The notes under the pieces were generated by a model. The model saw nothing but the letters and a program-made list of their open reading frames with translations, was not told the DNA's origin and searched no databases. Shown here piece after piece: positions 37,923 through 48,778 of a DNA stretch of 64,000 nt. This DNA comes from Cyanophora paradoxa CCMP329. Taxonomy: Eukaryota; Plantae; Glaucophyta. The translations under genes were made by a program, and so were the position numbers. Numbering within the stretch: the stretch's first letter is position 1; each line of letters starts with the position of its first letter. The stretch is taken from assembly GCA_004431415.1 (NCBI GenBank), contig QPMI01000104.1:292457-356456 (forward strand). Direction: 5' to 3'.

Positions 37923-39593
37923 ATGTGCGAGCCCGTTGCGAAGCTCTCCAGCGGCGCCAGCATCCCCCGCATCGGCCTCGGGTGCTCGCTCCCCGTCGCG
38001 CGCACGGCCCCCCGCGCTGCATCATTGACCCTGCGCATCAGGACTTGGGCTGGCCCGGATGCGAAGGAGCTGACGAAGAGCGCAGTCCGCGCCGCGCTCG
38101 ATGCGGGCTGCCGGCACATCGACACGGCCGCAGTCTGTGCGCCTCCCGCTCCGCCGATCGCACTTGCGGAGAGCTGAATGAGACCCGCCCGCCGCCCGCG
38201 GGCGAGCGCAGACCAGACCGAGGCGTACGTCGGCGAGGTGCTGGCTGAGGCCCTCGAGCCGAAGGGGAAGCTGCGGCGCGAGGAGCTCTTTGTGACTACG
38301 AAGGCGCGCAACGCGGCGGCGCTCCCTCGCGCCCGGCGCTCACGCCCGATCCCGGAGCGCAGCTCTGGAACACGGATCACGAGCGCGCGCTGGTGCGGCC
38401 CGCGTGCGAGCGGTCGCTCAAGGTGCGGCCGGGGCCGACCGCCGGGCCTCCCTGCGCCTCGAGCGACCGCGCCGCAGGAGCTCGGCTTGAAGTACGTCGA
38501 CCTGTACCTCATGCACTGGTGCCCGCTCGCTCGCCCGCCCGCCCGCCCCGCCCCGCCGCGCAGGCCGACCACGCGCGCCGCGCCGCGCCGCGCAGGCCGA
38601 TCGCGTTCGCGGCGGGCGAGGGACTGTTCCCCAAGGACGGCAACGACCGCATGCGGAAGGCGTCCGTACCCGTCCGCGAGACGTGGGAGGCGATGGAGGC
38701 CCTCGTCGACGCCGGCCTCGTCAGGGCGCGCGTACCCTCCGGAGAGACCCGTACCCCTTTCCTGACGCGCGAGCGTACCCCCCGCAGACGATCGGGGTGT
38801 CGAACTTTAAGATAAGGGACCTGGAGGAGCTCCTCTCGTACGCCCGCATCAAGCCGGCCGTGAACCAGGTGCCGGGGGCCAAGCCGCGAAGAATCCCGTA
38901 CCCCTCTCCCTCACCTCGTACCCCTCGCCCAGGTCGAGCTGCACCCGTACCTCGCCCAGCCGAAGCTACTGGACTTCTGCACCAAGCGCGGCATCCACGT
39001 CCGCGGCGTACCCCTCCGTCTTCTCGCCCCCATTGCTGAAGCTGTACCCCTTCCCCAGCTTACCGCGTACTCCCCCCTGGGCGCCCAACCCGACAACCCG
39101 AACGCCGTCAAGCTGCTCGACGACCCCGTCGTGCGCCGTACTTCCTCCGGCCCGCCCGCAGCGCACCGTACCCCCCTTACGCCGCCCCCAAAAACAGATT
39201 GGCGACATTGCGAAGCGGATCGGCCGGAGCCCCGCGCAGGCGAGCACCTTTCCTTTCTGATCCATGCATTCTGCCCCGGCCTCCCGTATCCCCCTGACCC
39301 CCGGTACCCCCCTTTCGCAGGTGGTGCTGCGGTGGAACCTGCAGCGCTCGCCACACGTCTCCGTCGTGCCCAAGTCCTACCGCCCCGCCCGCATCGCCGA
39401 GAACCTGTGCGCGTCCCGCCCCCCCCCCCCCTCCCCCCCTCCCCCCCCCCGACTCCTTCCCCCCTGCAGCGACGTCTTCGGCTTCGCGCTCTCGGAGGCG
39501 GACATGGCGGCGGTGTCGGCGCTGAACAAGGACCAGCGGACGTGCCGCCATGAGTGGACCAACTACTATGACGACAAAGAGTACGACGCGTAG
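37923..39593 (+). CDS. Aldo-keto reductase (AKR1/AKR4-like), 12 exons, intact
   Basis: IPRIGLGTW, HIDTAAVYQTE (catalytic Asp/Tyr), ELFVTTKLWN (Lys), YVDLYLMHWP (His), IGVSNF, PAVNQVELHPY, TAYSPLG, VVPKS. TAG at 39591-39593. Confidence 0.95.
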
Positions 39594-39699
39594 TCCATGC
39601 TTAAGCTTGTTGAAGGCTCTTCTTCTTGTTCTTTCAAAGAGGAATCAACTCAACTTCGAAAACAACTTTGAATTCTCAAGGGCCGTGTGGTCCCTGGAT

Positions 39700-39930
39700 A
39701 CTGTCAGCGAGAGTGCGAGGCGGCGGCCGCGGCCCCGTATGCTCTGCCCGCAGACTGGGTCGCCGGCGAGGGTCGACGTCGACGTTAGGTGGCGCAGGGC
39801 GGGGAGGCGGGCCACAAAGTGGAGCTCTTGCACGCGTGCGCCCGCCAGCGCCACGCGGTTCTGCGTCAGGTCGAGCAGCTCCGGCGCTGCAGCGCGCCGC
39901 CTCGAGATCGAGACCGTCCAGTACTAGTGC
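39700..39930 (-). pseudogene. Degenerate leucine-rich-repeat / LRRcap gene fragment
   Basis: Minus frame reads ELLDLTQNRVALAGARVQELHFVARLPALRHLT...LAGDPVC, close to the U2A'/SDS22-type LPxLxxLxLxGNPV pattern. No complete gene around it. Confidence 0.55.
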
Positions 39931-41738
39931 ACGTGGCCGCGGCCGAGGACCGGGGTGCGGCGGGCGCACCATGAGAGCGCGCGCCCGCGCTGACCGCCCA
40001 AGCCGCGTCAGCCGATCGATCACCTCGATCTAGATCTCTGCGGGCCAAGATAGATCTAGAGCTCGAGCGTTCTAGATATCGATCTGGGACGCGGCCGCCG
40101 CGGCGCTCCGCGGCCGCTAGCGTATGCGTGCGTTGAGGCGTATGCGTGCAGGTCGGCATGCGCATGATGAACTTCCGCGTGATCCGTATCGTTCGCCGCG
40201 GCGCTGAGGCGTACGCGTATACGTACGCGTGCAGGTCAGCATGGCATGGTGTGCATTGTTCGCATCGTCGAAAAGTCGAAGTTGCCCATGGTTGCAAACA
40301 GTCGGAGGTAGCGCGCGAATGGTGCCGGATCGGCGGATCGCACGTTTGGCACGGGTACGGCACGTTTGTAGGCTGCTCCTCCGCGATCCGGGCGGTGCTC
40401 GGCCCGTAAACTTTCAGCGTCAGGCCGATCGCGAGCGCAGCTCCAGGTTGGTGTGCTCAAGTGGGACATGGACGCCGCTCGCGGACTTGTTCGTCCTCCG
40501 CCGTTTGGTGAGCCGGCCGCGGCGCCGGCCTGCGCCGCGTCCTCCGCCGCCATCATCTCCAATCGACATTTCAGTGCGCCCATTGACTCTCCGACAGGGT
40601 TCTTCGATGCGCGGCCTTCTCTGCTTCATCAGAGGCTTCAGAGCGCCCCAGACGGCGTCTCGCGCCGGCGAAAGACGGTTCAAAGCATTTCTGACGACGT
40701 CCTCGAGCCTGCTGTCTCATACGCGTGCAGCTGTCTGGTGCTGCAGCCGCCCTTGATCCTGACCACATGTACAGTTTCGCCGAGCGTCGGTGCGCGAGGG
40801 TAAGCGAGCGTGTCGAGTAGCTAGCTTTGCGCTGAAACTGGTGGCAACACTGACCGTCGGACCGGTGCTTCTTGCGATCGGAGCAGCGTTTCACAGGAAC
40901 GAAGGTCTACGCGTCAGCTGGAACCCCGCGAGGGCGCGGCGCCGACGTGCGCTGGCGTGTACCGTGTCAATCTCTATTCGGGTTTTGACGCGCGCTCTCA
41001 GGACGTGGGCAGAGGCCAGCGCCGGACGCCGGCGCCACGCGAAGGCGAACTCGACCCCTTCGAGGAAGGCCGCAGAATAGGCCGCGAGGAAGGCTTCAAG
41101 GAAGCCCGCGAAGAGGGACGGGTGCTTGCCGCTCCCTCTCTCTGCCCGTTTCCCCGCGCCCGTGGCCATACCCGTAAGCTTCTAAGCAAGCGCTTCTCTC
41201 GTTTAGGCGCGCCGAGACTGGCTTGACAATGCTCTCGACGATACCGTGGATTTTATATTCAACTCCGCTGAATCTATCAAGCGCTTCATCAGGATTAGCG
41301 CGAAGGAAACACTGAACGCCTGGCGAACTCGTTGAGGGCGATGCAGGCAAAGTTCTACGTATATGTATATGAGCGCTAGCTGCTGGAGCCGGGGGGAGGG
41401 GCCCGGGGGGCGGGGGGAGGGGGGTGGGGGGGGGGGGGCGGCGGCGCGGGGACCGGATTCGCCGAGGCCCGGGTCGGAAGGGGGGGTAATTATATAAGGT
41501 CTCATGACATGATCAGGGACCCAGATAGCAGCGCGAAAATCCGGATACTAGTACCGTAGTACTCGCGATCGCGTGCCCTGCACGGTATATATATGCATGC
41601 GCTCAATGCATATGGTTGCTTCAAGGATAGGGATCGATTCTCGCTTATGAGGATGAGCTAGTCGTCGAGGCTCGCCTCTTCTTACGGCTCGCCTCTTCCC
41701 TCTCACACAGAAACAAAGGCCTAGGGCCCGGGCGAGGC

Positions 41739-44700
41739 CTAGGGGCCGGGCCTCTGGATGGCGTCGGCTAGGGCCCGGGCCTTGGCGAGGAAGGGCGGGA
41801 GGAGGGCGAGGACCGCCTCCCGGTCCGGCGGCGGCCCGCCCCGCAGCGCGGCCGAGAGCGCCTTCGACTGCAGCGTCACCTGCGCTTTCGAGTTCGAATT
41901 TTTGAATTTGAATTTTGGCGGGAACGGGAGGGGGGTACGCCGCGCGCCATGACGACGGAGCGGTGCTGGCGGGTGTCGCGGACGTCGGCCTCCGTCACGG
42001 CGACGGTCCAGTCGCCCTCCTCGTACACCGTCTTCCGCTGCGGCGAAAAAGAAAAGCTCAGGGCTCGAGCTGGCCTAGCCCGAGGCCAGCCCCAACCAAG
42101 CTCCAGCAAGCCGAAAGTATACGTAACAGAAGCCTCTACGTAACAGAAGCTCAGTGCCCGAGCCTCGGAGCTGGCTGGCCTGCGGCCTGCCCGAGGCGAG
42201 CCGAGAAACCCCTAGCCAAGCCCGGCAAGCTGAACGTGTACGTAACAGAAGCCTCTATGAGCTAGAATGGAGCCAGCTGCGTGCTATGGGCCGGGCGGGG
42301 CCGTGCTGCAAGCAGCTAAACGCACACGTAACAGAAGCTCATACATAACAGAACTAAACGCTAAACGGGCCCAAGGCGCACCTTGAGGCGCTTGGAGGCG
42401 ATGCGGAAGCGGCGGTCGTTGAAGGGCAGGTTGATGTTGTTCGACGAGAGGTGCTCGGGGCCTGCACAGGGGCCCGGGCGAGGATCGGGTGAGGAAGAGG
42501 GGGCGGGCTAGGCGGCTAGGGTAGCTGGGCGGGCGCGAGAAGCGCCAGCTGAAGCCCTAAAGAAGCTGAAGAGACCCTTAGAAGAGAGATGCTTTTTGAG
42601 AAGCCCTCTAGCAGCCCTCTTTCTCTATCCAAGCTAAGATCCAAGCAGATCTCTTCCTAAGAATCCTCACCGACGAAGGAGGCGGCGTTGGCGTAGGCGA
42701 GGGTCTCGTCGTCCGCCTCGAAGGCCGGCGTCGCCACCAGCGCCACCCGCACGTCCCCCGGCACCCTGCGCGGTGGCGCCGGCCCTGAGCGGGGAGGGAG
42801 GGGCGGGGCCCTAGAAGGCCCGGGGAGACTTGAGGGGCTCCTTAGGATCGGGGGCGGGGGTTGGGCCGGGCGGGCGGGCGGGGCGGGGATGGCGCTGAGT
42901 GGGAAGGGTGGGCGGGTGGGTCGTGGCGGGACCCTTAGAAGCGGGCCCTTAGAAGCCTTAGAGCCGGGGCGGGCCGGGTGGGGCGGGGGCCGGGGCGGGG
43001 ACGGGGGCGGGGGCCGGATCCTGGCCTTAAAACAGGGGGGGGGCGGGGGGGGGGGGCGGGGCGCACGCGGCGTCGTTGCGGACGTCCTTGGAGAAGGGCG
43101 CCGGGCGCACGAAGTCCGCCCTGCGCGCGAGCGAGGGCGGGGGCGAGCGCCGCGGTCGGCGAGGGGGCCGAGGGGCAGGCGAGACGGTGCGGGCCGTCGG
43201 CGAGGGCCGAGTGCCTTGATGTCTAGCGCTAGCAGCGACGGTGGAGAGATTGGGCACTGCGGCAGAAGAAAGCTAGCTGTCTATCTCGTCATTAAGGGGC
43301 GAGGGCGGGGGCGGGGGCGAGGGCATGCGCATCAGGGTGCCAGGGTTAGGGGGGGGGGGGGGGGGCGAGTTGGGGGGGGGGAAGCGGGGGAGAAAGGAAG
43401 GGGGTACGGAGCGCACACGAGCTTCTTGACCTTGTCGCCGGTGATGGCGAGGAGGACGCGGTCCTCCCCCCCGCCCCCACCCTCCCCGCCGGTCTCGACC
43501 TGCTAAGAAGCTAAGAAGGGGGGGGGGAAGGGGAGGGGGGTACGCGCGCGCCTCGTAGCGGAAGCGGAGGCGCCGGCGGGAGGCCGCGTCCTCGACGGAG
43601 ACCGCGTACCGGGCCCCGCCGCGCCCCGGGCCGCCCAGGCCCAGCCGCGCCAGCCAGCGCCGGTCCGGCGGGTTCGCGCCCGTCTCGAAGACGTGGCGGA
43701 GGCGCTTGGCTCGGGCGGCCTCCAGCAGGGCGGGCCCCGAGAGGCCCGAGGCGGCGCGGGCGAACTCGGAGGGGAGCGAGTGGAAGACGACGCGGCCGAC
43801 GCGGGCCTTGAGCGAGAGCTTCCCCTGCGCAAGAAGAAGAAGAAGAAGAAGAAGAGGAAGGGTCAGTGTGGTTTGGCTGATTAGAGCTTGCTACCAAAGC
43901 TTTGTTGAGGCTTAGTTAGTAAGAGCTCCGAGCACGAAGTAGCGAAGTAGCGCTTAGTTCGAGCCCCTGAGAAGGAGCTCCAAATCTTAGAATTCGCTAG
44001 GTCTAGCCCGGTCTAGCTGAGGCGCTCCCTAAAGGATCCCACCTTAAAGTCTAGGCTAGTCTAGGAGTCGCTTAGTCCAGCTCGGTTCGAGCTCGGTCTC
44101 CGCGCCGCGCGGCTAGAGCGCTTCCTTCTTCTTCCCCTCGCTCCAGCTTCCTCTTAGTTTCGATTGGAGTAGCTTGGATAAGCTTGTTTTAGCTTGGCTA
44201 GAGCTCCGCGCGGCTGGGGCGCTCCTCCCTCCCTTGGGAGGGGCCCGGGGGGTCCCACCTTGAAGTCCGGGGCGATCGAGGCCAGCGCCTCGGAGAGGGC
44301 CGCCCGCAGGCTCGACTCCGCCTCGTCCGCCGGGTTCACCTGAGAGGGAAAGGCGGGTAGGTTCACCTGAGGACGGGGGGGGGGAAGAAGGAGAGGGGTA
44401 CCGAGAGGCGCTCGAGGGCGGCCTCGGGTGCGGGGGCGGAGGCGGCGGGGCGGGCGGGGAGGGAGCGGAGGACGTGGGGGCCCCGGTCCTCGATGTGGCT
44501 GCGCGCCCGCCCGTCAGCCTAAGAGGGAAAGCGAAAGAGCGAGGAGCGGGGGTGGATCGATGGGGAGCTGGAGCCGAGCCGGCCGGAAGTGAAGTCTAGC
44601 TGGAAGCTGGGGAGGGATGCGCATGAGGGGCCCGCCCCCCGCCCGGGGCGCCCCCCGTTAGCGAGGAGAGGAGCGGGGCTGGATGGGGGATTCGAAGCCG

Positions 44701-47700
44701 AGCCGGCCGGGAGCCTATCTGGAAGCTGGGGAGGGATGCGCCTAAAGAAGACGCCTCGAAGCTAAAATCGGAGCTAGGATCTGAAAGCCATAGAAGCTAG
44801 AAGCCGGAGAGGCGGAATCCAGAAGCTAGCTAGGAGGGTCCTGAGAGCTCATGCGCGCCTGTAGGTGGGCCCCGAGAACGCCTCGAAGCGCAGGGAGTCG
44901 CCCTGCGGGGAGCGAGGCGAGCGTGAGCGGGCGGGGCCCCAACCAGGGCGGGGCGGGGCGCCTCCCCGTCCGTCCGGTCTGGTCTAGACTACTCGGCGGA
45001 TGCGGGGCGGGGCGGCGTGAGCGGGAAGGGGCCCCAGCCAGGACGGGGCCCCCTCCCCGTCCGTCGACCCGGCCTACTCTATCGGCGGCGGCGGGCCGTC
45101 TATTTTTAGGCTGGTCTAGCCTAGTCCGCCTCGACTCTTCTCGCGGGCGCGGGAGGGGCCGCGGGGAGGGGGCTCGCCTCGCGGAGGCCGTCGATGAAAA
45201 GGTCGCTGCGCTCCACGGGCCGGAACCGCACCAGGTGCTGCGCGCGCAACACAAGCTCAGCTAGGCGCGCGAGGCGTAGCTGGCCTGGTAGCGCGCGAGC
45301 TTAGGAGCTAGGCGAGCTTAGGCGAGCACCGGGTACTGCGCGCGCCGCTCGGCAGGCTCAGAAGGGGGCGCGAGGTTGGGAGAAGGAAGATAAGGAGGAG
45401 AGGAGGCTCTTATATGGAGGTTCTAGCAGGAGCGAAGGAGGAGGGAGAGGTGAGGTTCTCATTCGCTTACAGGCTCAGCTAAGCTCGCTTGGCCGAGCCA
45501 GGCCTAGCTCGGCCCGGCCGGACTAGCTGGATCTAGCTCGACCTAGCTCGGCCCGGCCTTATGGGAGGCCGAGCCGAGCCGGGTCTAGCCCGGCCCGGCC
45601 CGGCGTTCGGAGGAACTTGGAAGGAGAGGTTAGGTCCTTAAAAGCTTGCACGCTCAGCTGGGCCCGGCGGCCAAGGAGGTTCTCGGAGGCTAGGTTCTCG
45701 TAAGCTTACAAGCTCAGCCAGGCCAGCTTAGCCGAGGCAGGCCCAGTTCGGCTAAGTTAGGCTTGGCTTGGCTAAGGTTGGGCCTGGCCCGGCCCGGCCC
45801 GGCCCTCGGCGCGATGCGCGGCGACCAGCGCACCGCGGCGACCTTCTCCGCGATGAGCGCCTCGGCCTGGGACGGGGGGCGCGCGGGGTCAGGCGGAGGA
45901 GGCGAGCACAGGAGCGGCGAGTGAAGGAGGCCAGGCGGCTGCCGGAAGAGGAAGGGGGGGCCGTCTATTTTTAGGCTGGTCTAGCCCGCCTTCTTTCGGA
46001 AGCCGAGGGGGGGGGGGGGGGGGGGCCAACGAGGGCTCGGCTACCCCTAGATCCCTCGGAGGCTTACAGGACGGGGCGGACCTGCTCGCAGTGGGAGGGG
46101 AGGCCGATGGCGGCGACGGCGACCTCGGCGTCCGGCGAGCGGTCCTCCGAGCGCGCCACCAGCAGGTACACCCCCTACCCGACGTCAGGCGTCGAACTCC
46201 GAGGCTTGGCTCTGGGCCTCTAGTAAAGATAGCCCTCTGCTTTGAGCCCTAGAGGGCTTCGATGCCCGAGCGAGCGCCGGTGCGCCCCTCGCGCCCCCCG
46301 CCCGCTCCCCTCGGAGGAGAGGCGGGGCGGGCGCACGGCGCGGCCCCCGGCGTCTCAGGCCCCCGGCGCGGCCCTGGACCCCGGGGCGGCCGCCGCCCTC
46401 TCCCCCCCCGCCCCATCCCTGTACCCCCACGCACGGCGCGGCCCTCGACGTCGTGGAGCTCGCGGGCGGCGGCCACCCTCTCCCCCCCCCCGCCCCCCAA
46501 CCCCCTACCCCCCACGCACGGCGCGGCCCTCGACGTCGTGGAGCTCGCGGGCGCGCTGCCCGAGCAGCATCCCCATCGCCGCCCCCGGCACCACCACCTG
46601 CCAGAGGGTCGGAGGCCGCGTCAAGAGGGCCGGGAGGTGGGGGTGGAGAAGAGGCCTTCCGGGGCCGGAGGCCTGGGTGTGGAGGCGGGCGGGGCCGGCC
46701 CGGCGGGGGCCTCTAGAGGAGATCTCTATAGAAACAGAAGGGCGGGGAGGGGGCGGGGTGGGACGGGGTGGCGCAGGGGGCTTCCCTTCTCGGACCCCCT
46801 AGGATCCAGAGGACCAAGGGGGAGGAGGCGGAGGGGAAGGGAGGGGGGTACGCGGACCTGGCGGACGACGGGCCCGGCGCCGGCGCGGGTCTCCTCGAGG
46901 AAGTGCATCGCGCAGGCGACCAGCGCCAGCGCCTGGGATCAGGTGAGGGTGAGTCAGGTTCAGATTCAGGTGAGCCGAGAAGCTCAGGTGAGCCGGGGGC
47001 AGGTGAGTACCTTCTGGAGGTCGTAGCCGCGTCCCTCGAGGTCCACCGTCGTCTGCCGCACCTCCTAGGAGCGCAGGCGTTAGGGAGGGTAGAGGGGGGG
47101 AGAGAGGGGGGGGGTACCTGGCCGGGGTCCTCCGGCGAGGCGCCCAGCGTCGAGGCCGTCACGGTCGTCTTCACCTGAGATCAAATCAGGTGGGATCGAA
47201 TCAGGTCCGATCAGATCAGATCAGATGAATGGAAGGTACATCGTACCCGGTCCCCCGCGAGGCCGTTGCCCTCCAGGCAGGCCCGCAGCTCCTCCTCCCC
47301 CACCGTCGAATCCCCTGTGGGGGGGGTACGCCTCAGGTTGGGGGAGAAAATCGAATTGACGAAAGCGGCCCGGCGGGATTCGAACCCTGGATCGCGAACT
47401 TGACGGCACTCGCCTCCTCCCCGATGATGTGAAGGATCTCCATCACGGCCCGCTCCACACTACCCCCGGGGGCTTCAGGGAGAGGGGGGGGGGGAATGGA
47501 AGCTCGGGGGAGAGAAAGGGGGGTACCCCGATGGAGGCCCGATGACCTTCGTCATGCGCTCCTCGTACAGGGCGCCCTCCCTGTACCCGTCCTCCGTCGG
47601 GCACCGGATCTGTACCCCGGTCACGGGCGCGGCCGCGAGTCGACGATAAGCGCTGGGCGCTGACGCACGAGGGTGCGGGTTCGATCCTGGAGGGCGAGAA

Positions 47701-48633
47701 TGCGCTCGGAGCTCTTGCCCTTGACCAGCCCGATCTTGGTGCGGGAGACCAGAACGAAGGCGAAAATGTGCCCCTCCGGGATCGAACCGTCGGCGGGAGG
47801 GCGGCCCCCGCCCCTTCCGTAACCTGCGCGGCGGCGGCACCCTCGGATCGGGAGGCGGGGGGCCGGGGGGCCGGGGCGGGCCGCGCCGCGCACCGCCCCG
47901 GCCGCCCCGCCCGCGGAACTCGCCGCCCCGCCCGCGGTAGCCGCCTGCCAGCTTTTCAGCCCCTGCGGCGCGGACCGAGGCGCACGGGCGAGCCAAGCCC
48001 CGTCGCACCTCGTCCGCGGCCCCCGCCGTACTCTGCTGCGGGAGCGCGCGTGAGCGGCGGCGCGGAAGGGGGAGAGAGGGGGGTACACTCGCCTTCGCCC
48101 TCAGGCTGCCCGCGCCCCGCGCCGTAGCCCCCGCGGCCGCCGCGCCCCCTGTAGTACCCGTACCCGCCCTCCGGCGCGCCACCCTCTTCGCTTTCGGCGC
48201 CGCGGCCGCGGCCGCGGTACCCGCCGCGCCCGCGGAAGCCGCCGCGGTCCTGGTGCCCGCCTGCGTAGCCGTTGTGTCCTTCGCGCGAGTCATCGCCCTG
48301 GTGGTAGCCGCCTCGCCCGCGGTAGCCGTAGCCCCCGCGCCCACGGAAGCCGCCCCGTGTGCCGTAGCCAGGGCCGTGTGCGTCGCCGGTGGGATCGGCC
48401 GTTTCGGCCGGCGCGGACGCGTCCGCGTTGTCAACGCGGAAGCCTCCCCGTCCACGGCCCCGTCCGCGTCCGCGATAGGCGCCTCCGCCGCCGCGCGGAC
48501 CGTGCGCTTGACCGCCCGCGGCGTCCTCGCGGCGCCGCCAGTTCTGATCGCGATCGCTCCTCCCCGCATCGGGAGCCTGCTGCGCTCCGCCCCGGCCGCC
48601 ACCTCCGCCCGCGTTCTCCTCGCCGCCTTCCAT
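41739..48633 (-). CDS. RNA-binding protein: RGG/YGG-rich N-terminus, two divergent KH domains, C-terminal domain with CYTH/TTM-like strand motifs
   Basis: RGRGGYGYRGRGG repeats; KH1 LVSRTKIGLVKGKSSERILALQDRT...VERAVMEIL; KH2 VVVPGAAMGMLLGQRARELHDVE; C-terminal LSLKARVGRVVF, KRLKRKTVYEEGDWTVAVTE, VTLQSK. TAG at 41739-41741. Several introns are expanded. Confidence 0.7.
42120..42355 (+). repeat. Intronic short repeat ACGTAACAGAAGC, four copies plus one degenerate
   Basis: Copies near 42121, 42138, 42240 and 42327; degenerate ACATAACAGAAC near 42343. Confidence 0.85.
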
Positions 48634-48778
48634 TCGAGGCCTGCGGGCAAAGGACGCGAGGCAAAAGCATCGGTGGGACGTAAAAAGCCACCTGCCCGAC
48701 GCGTCGGGCGTCTCACCTGCTGCCGGACGAGACTCGCTTGCTGCTTCGGGTCTCTTCTTAGCGCTGTACCCGTGTCGC

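Noticed and set aside
14130-39691. 13-bp inverted match AGGGCCGTGTGGT at 14130-14142 and 39679-39691
   Set aside because: Faces outward, and matches of this length are expected by chance in 64 kb of GC-rich DNA.
42120-42355. CRISPR-like array
   Set aside because: Repeats are only 13-18 nt, irregularly spaced and intronic, with no cas genes in a eukaryotic context. The 328-bp array has no variable spacers either.
12189-48761. TAA reassignment or readthrough (TAA opposite Glu at 12189; TAA upstream of and in frame with the KH gene ATG)
   Set aside because: Only one convincing in-frame TAA among the many exons examined. The second lies in a probable 5' UTR, and the upstream gene has its own TGA.
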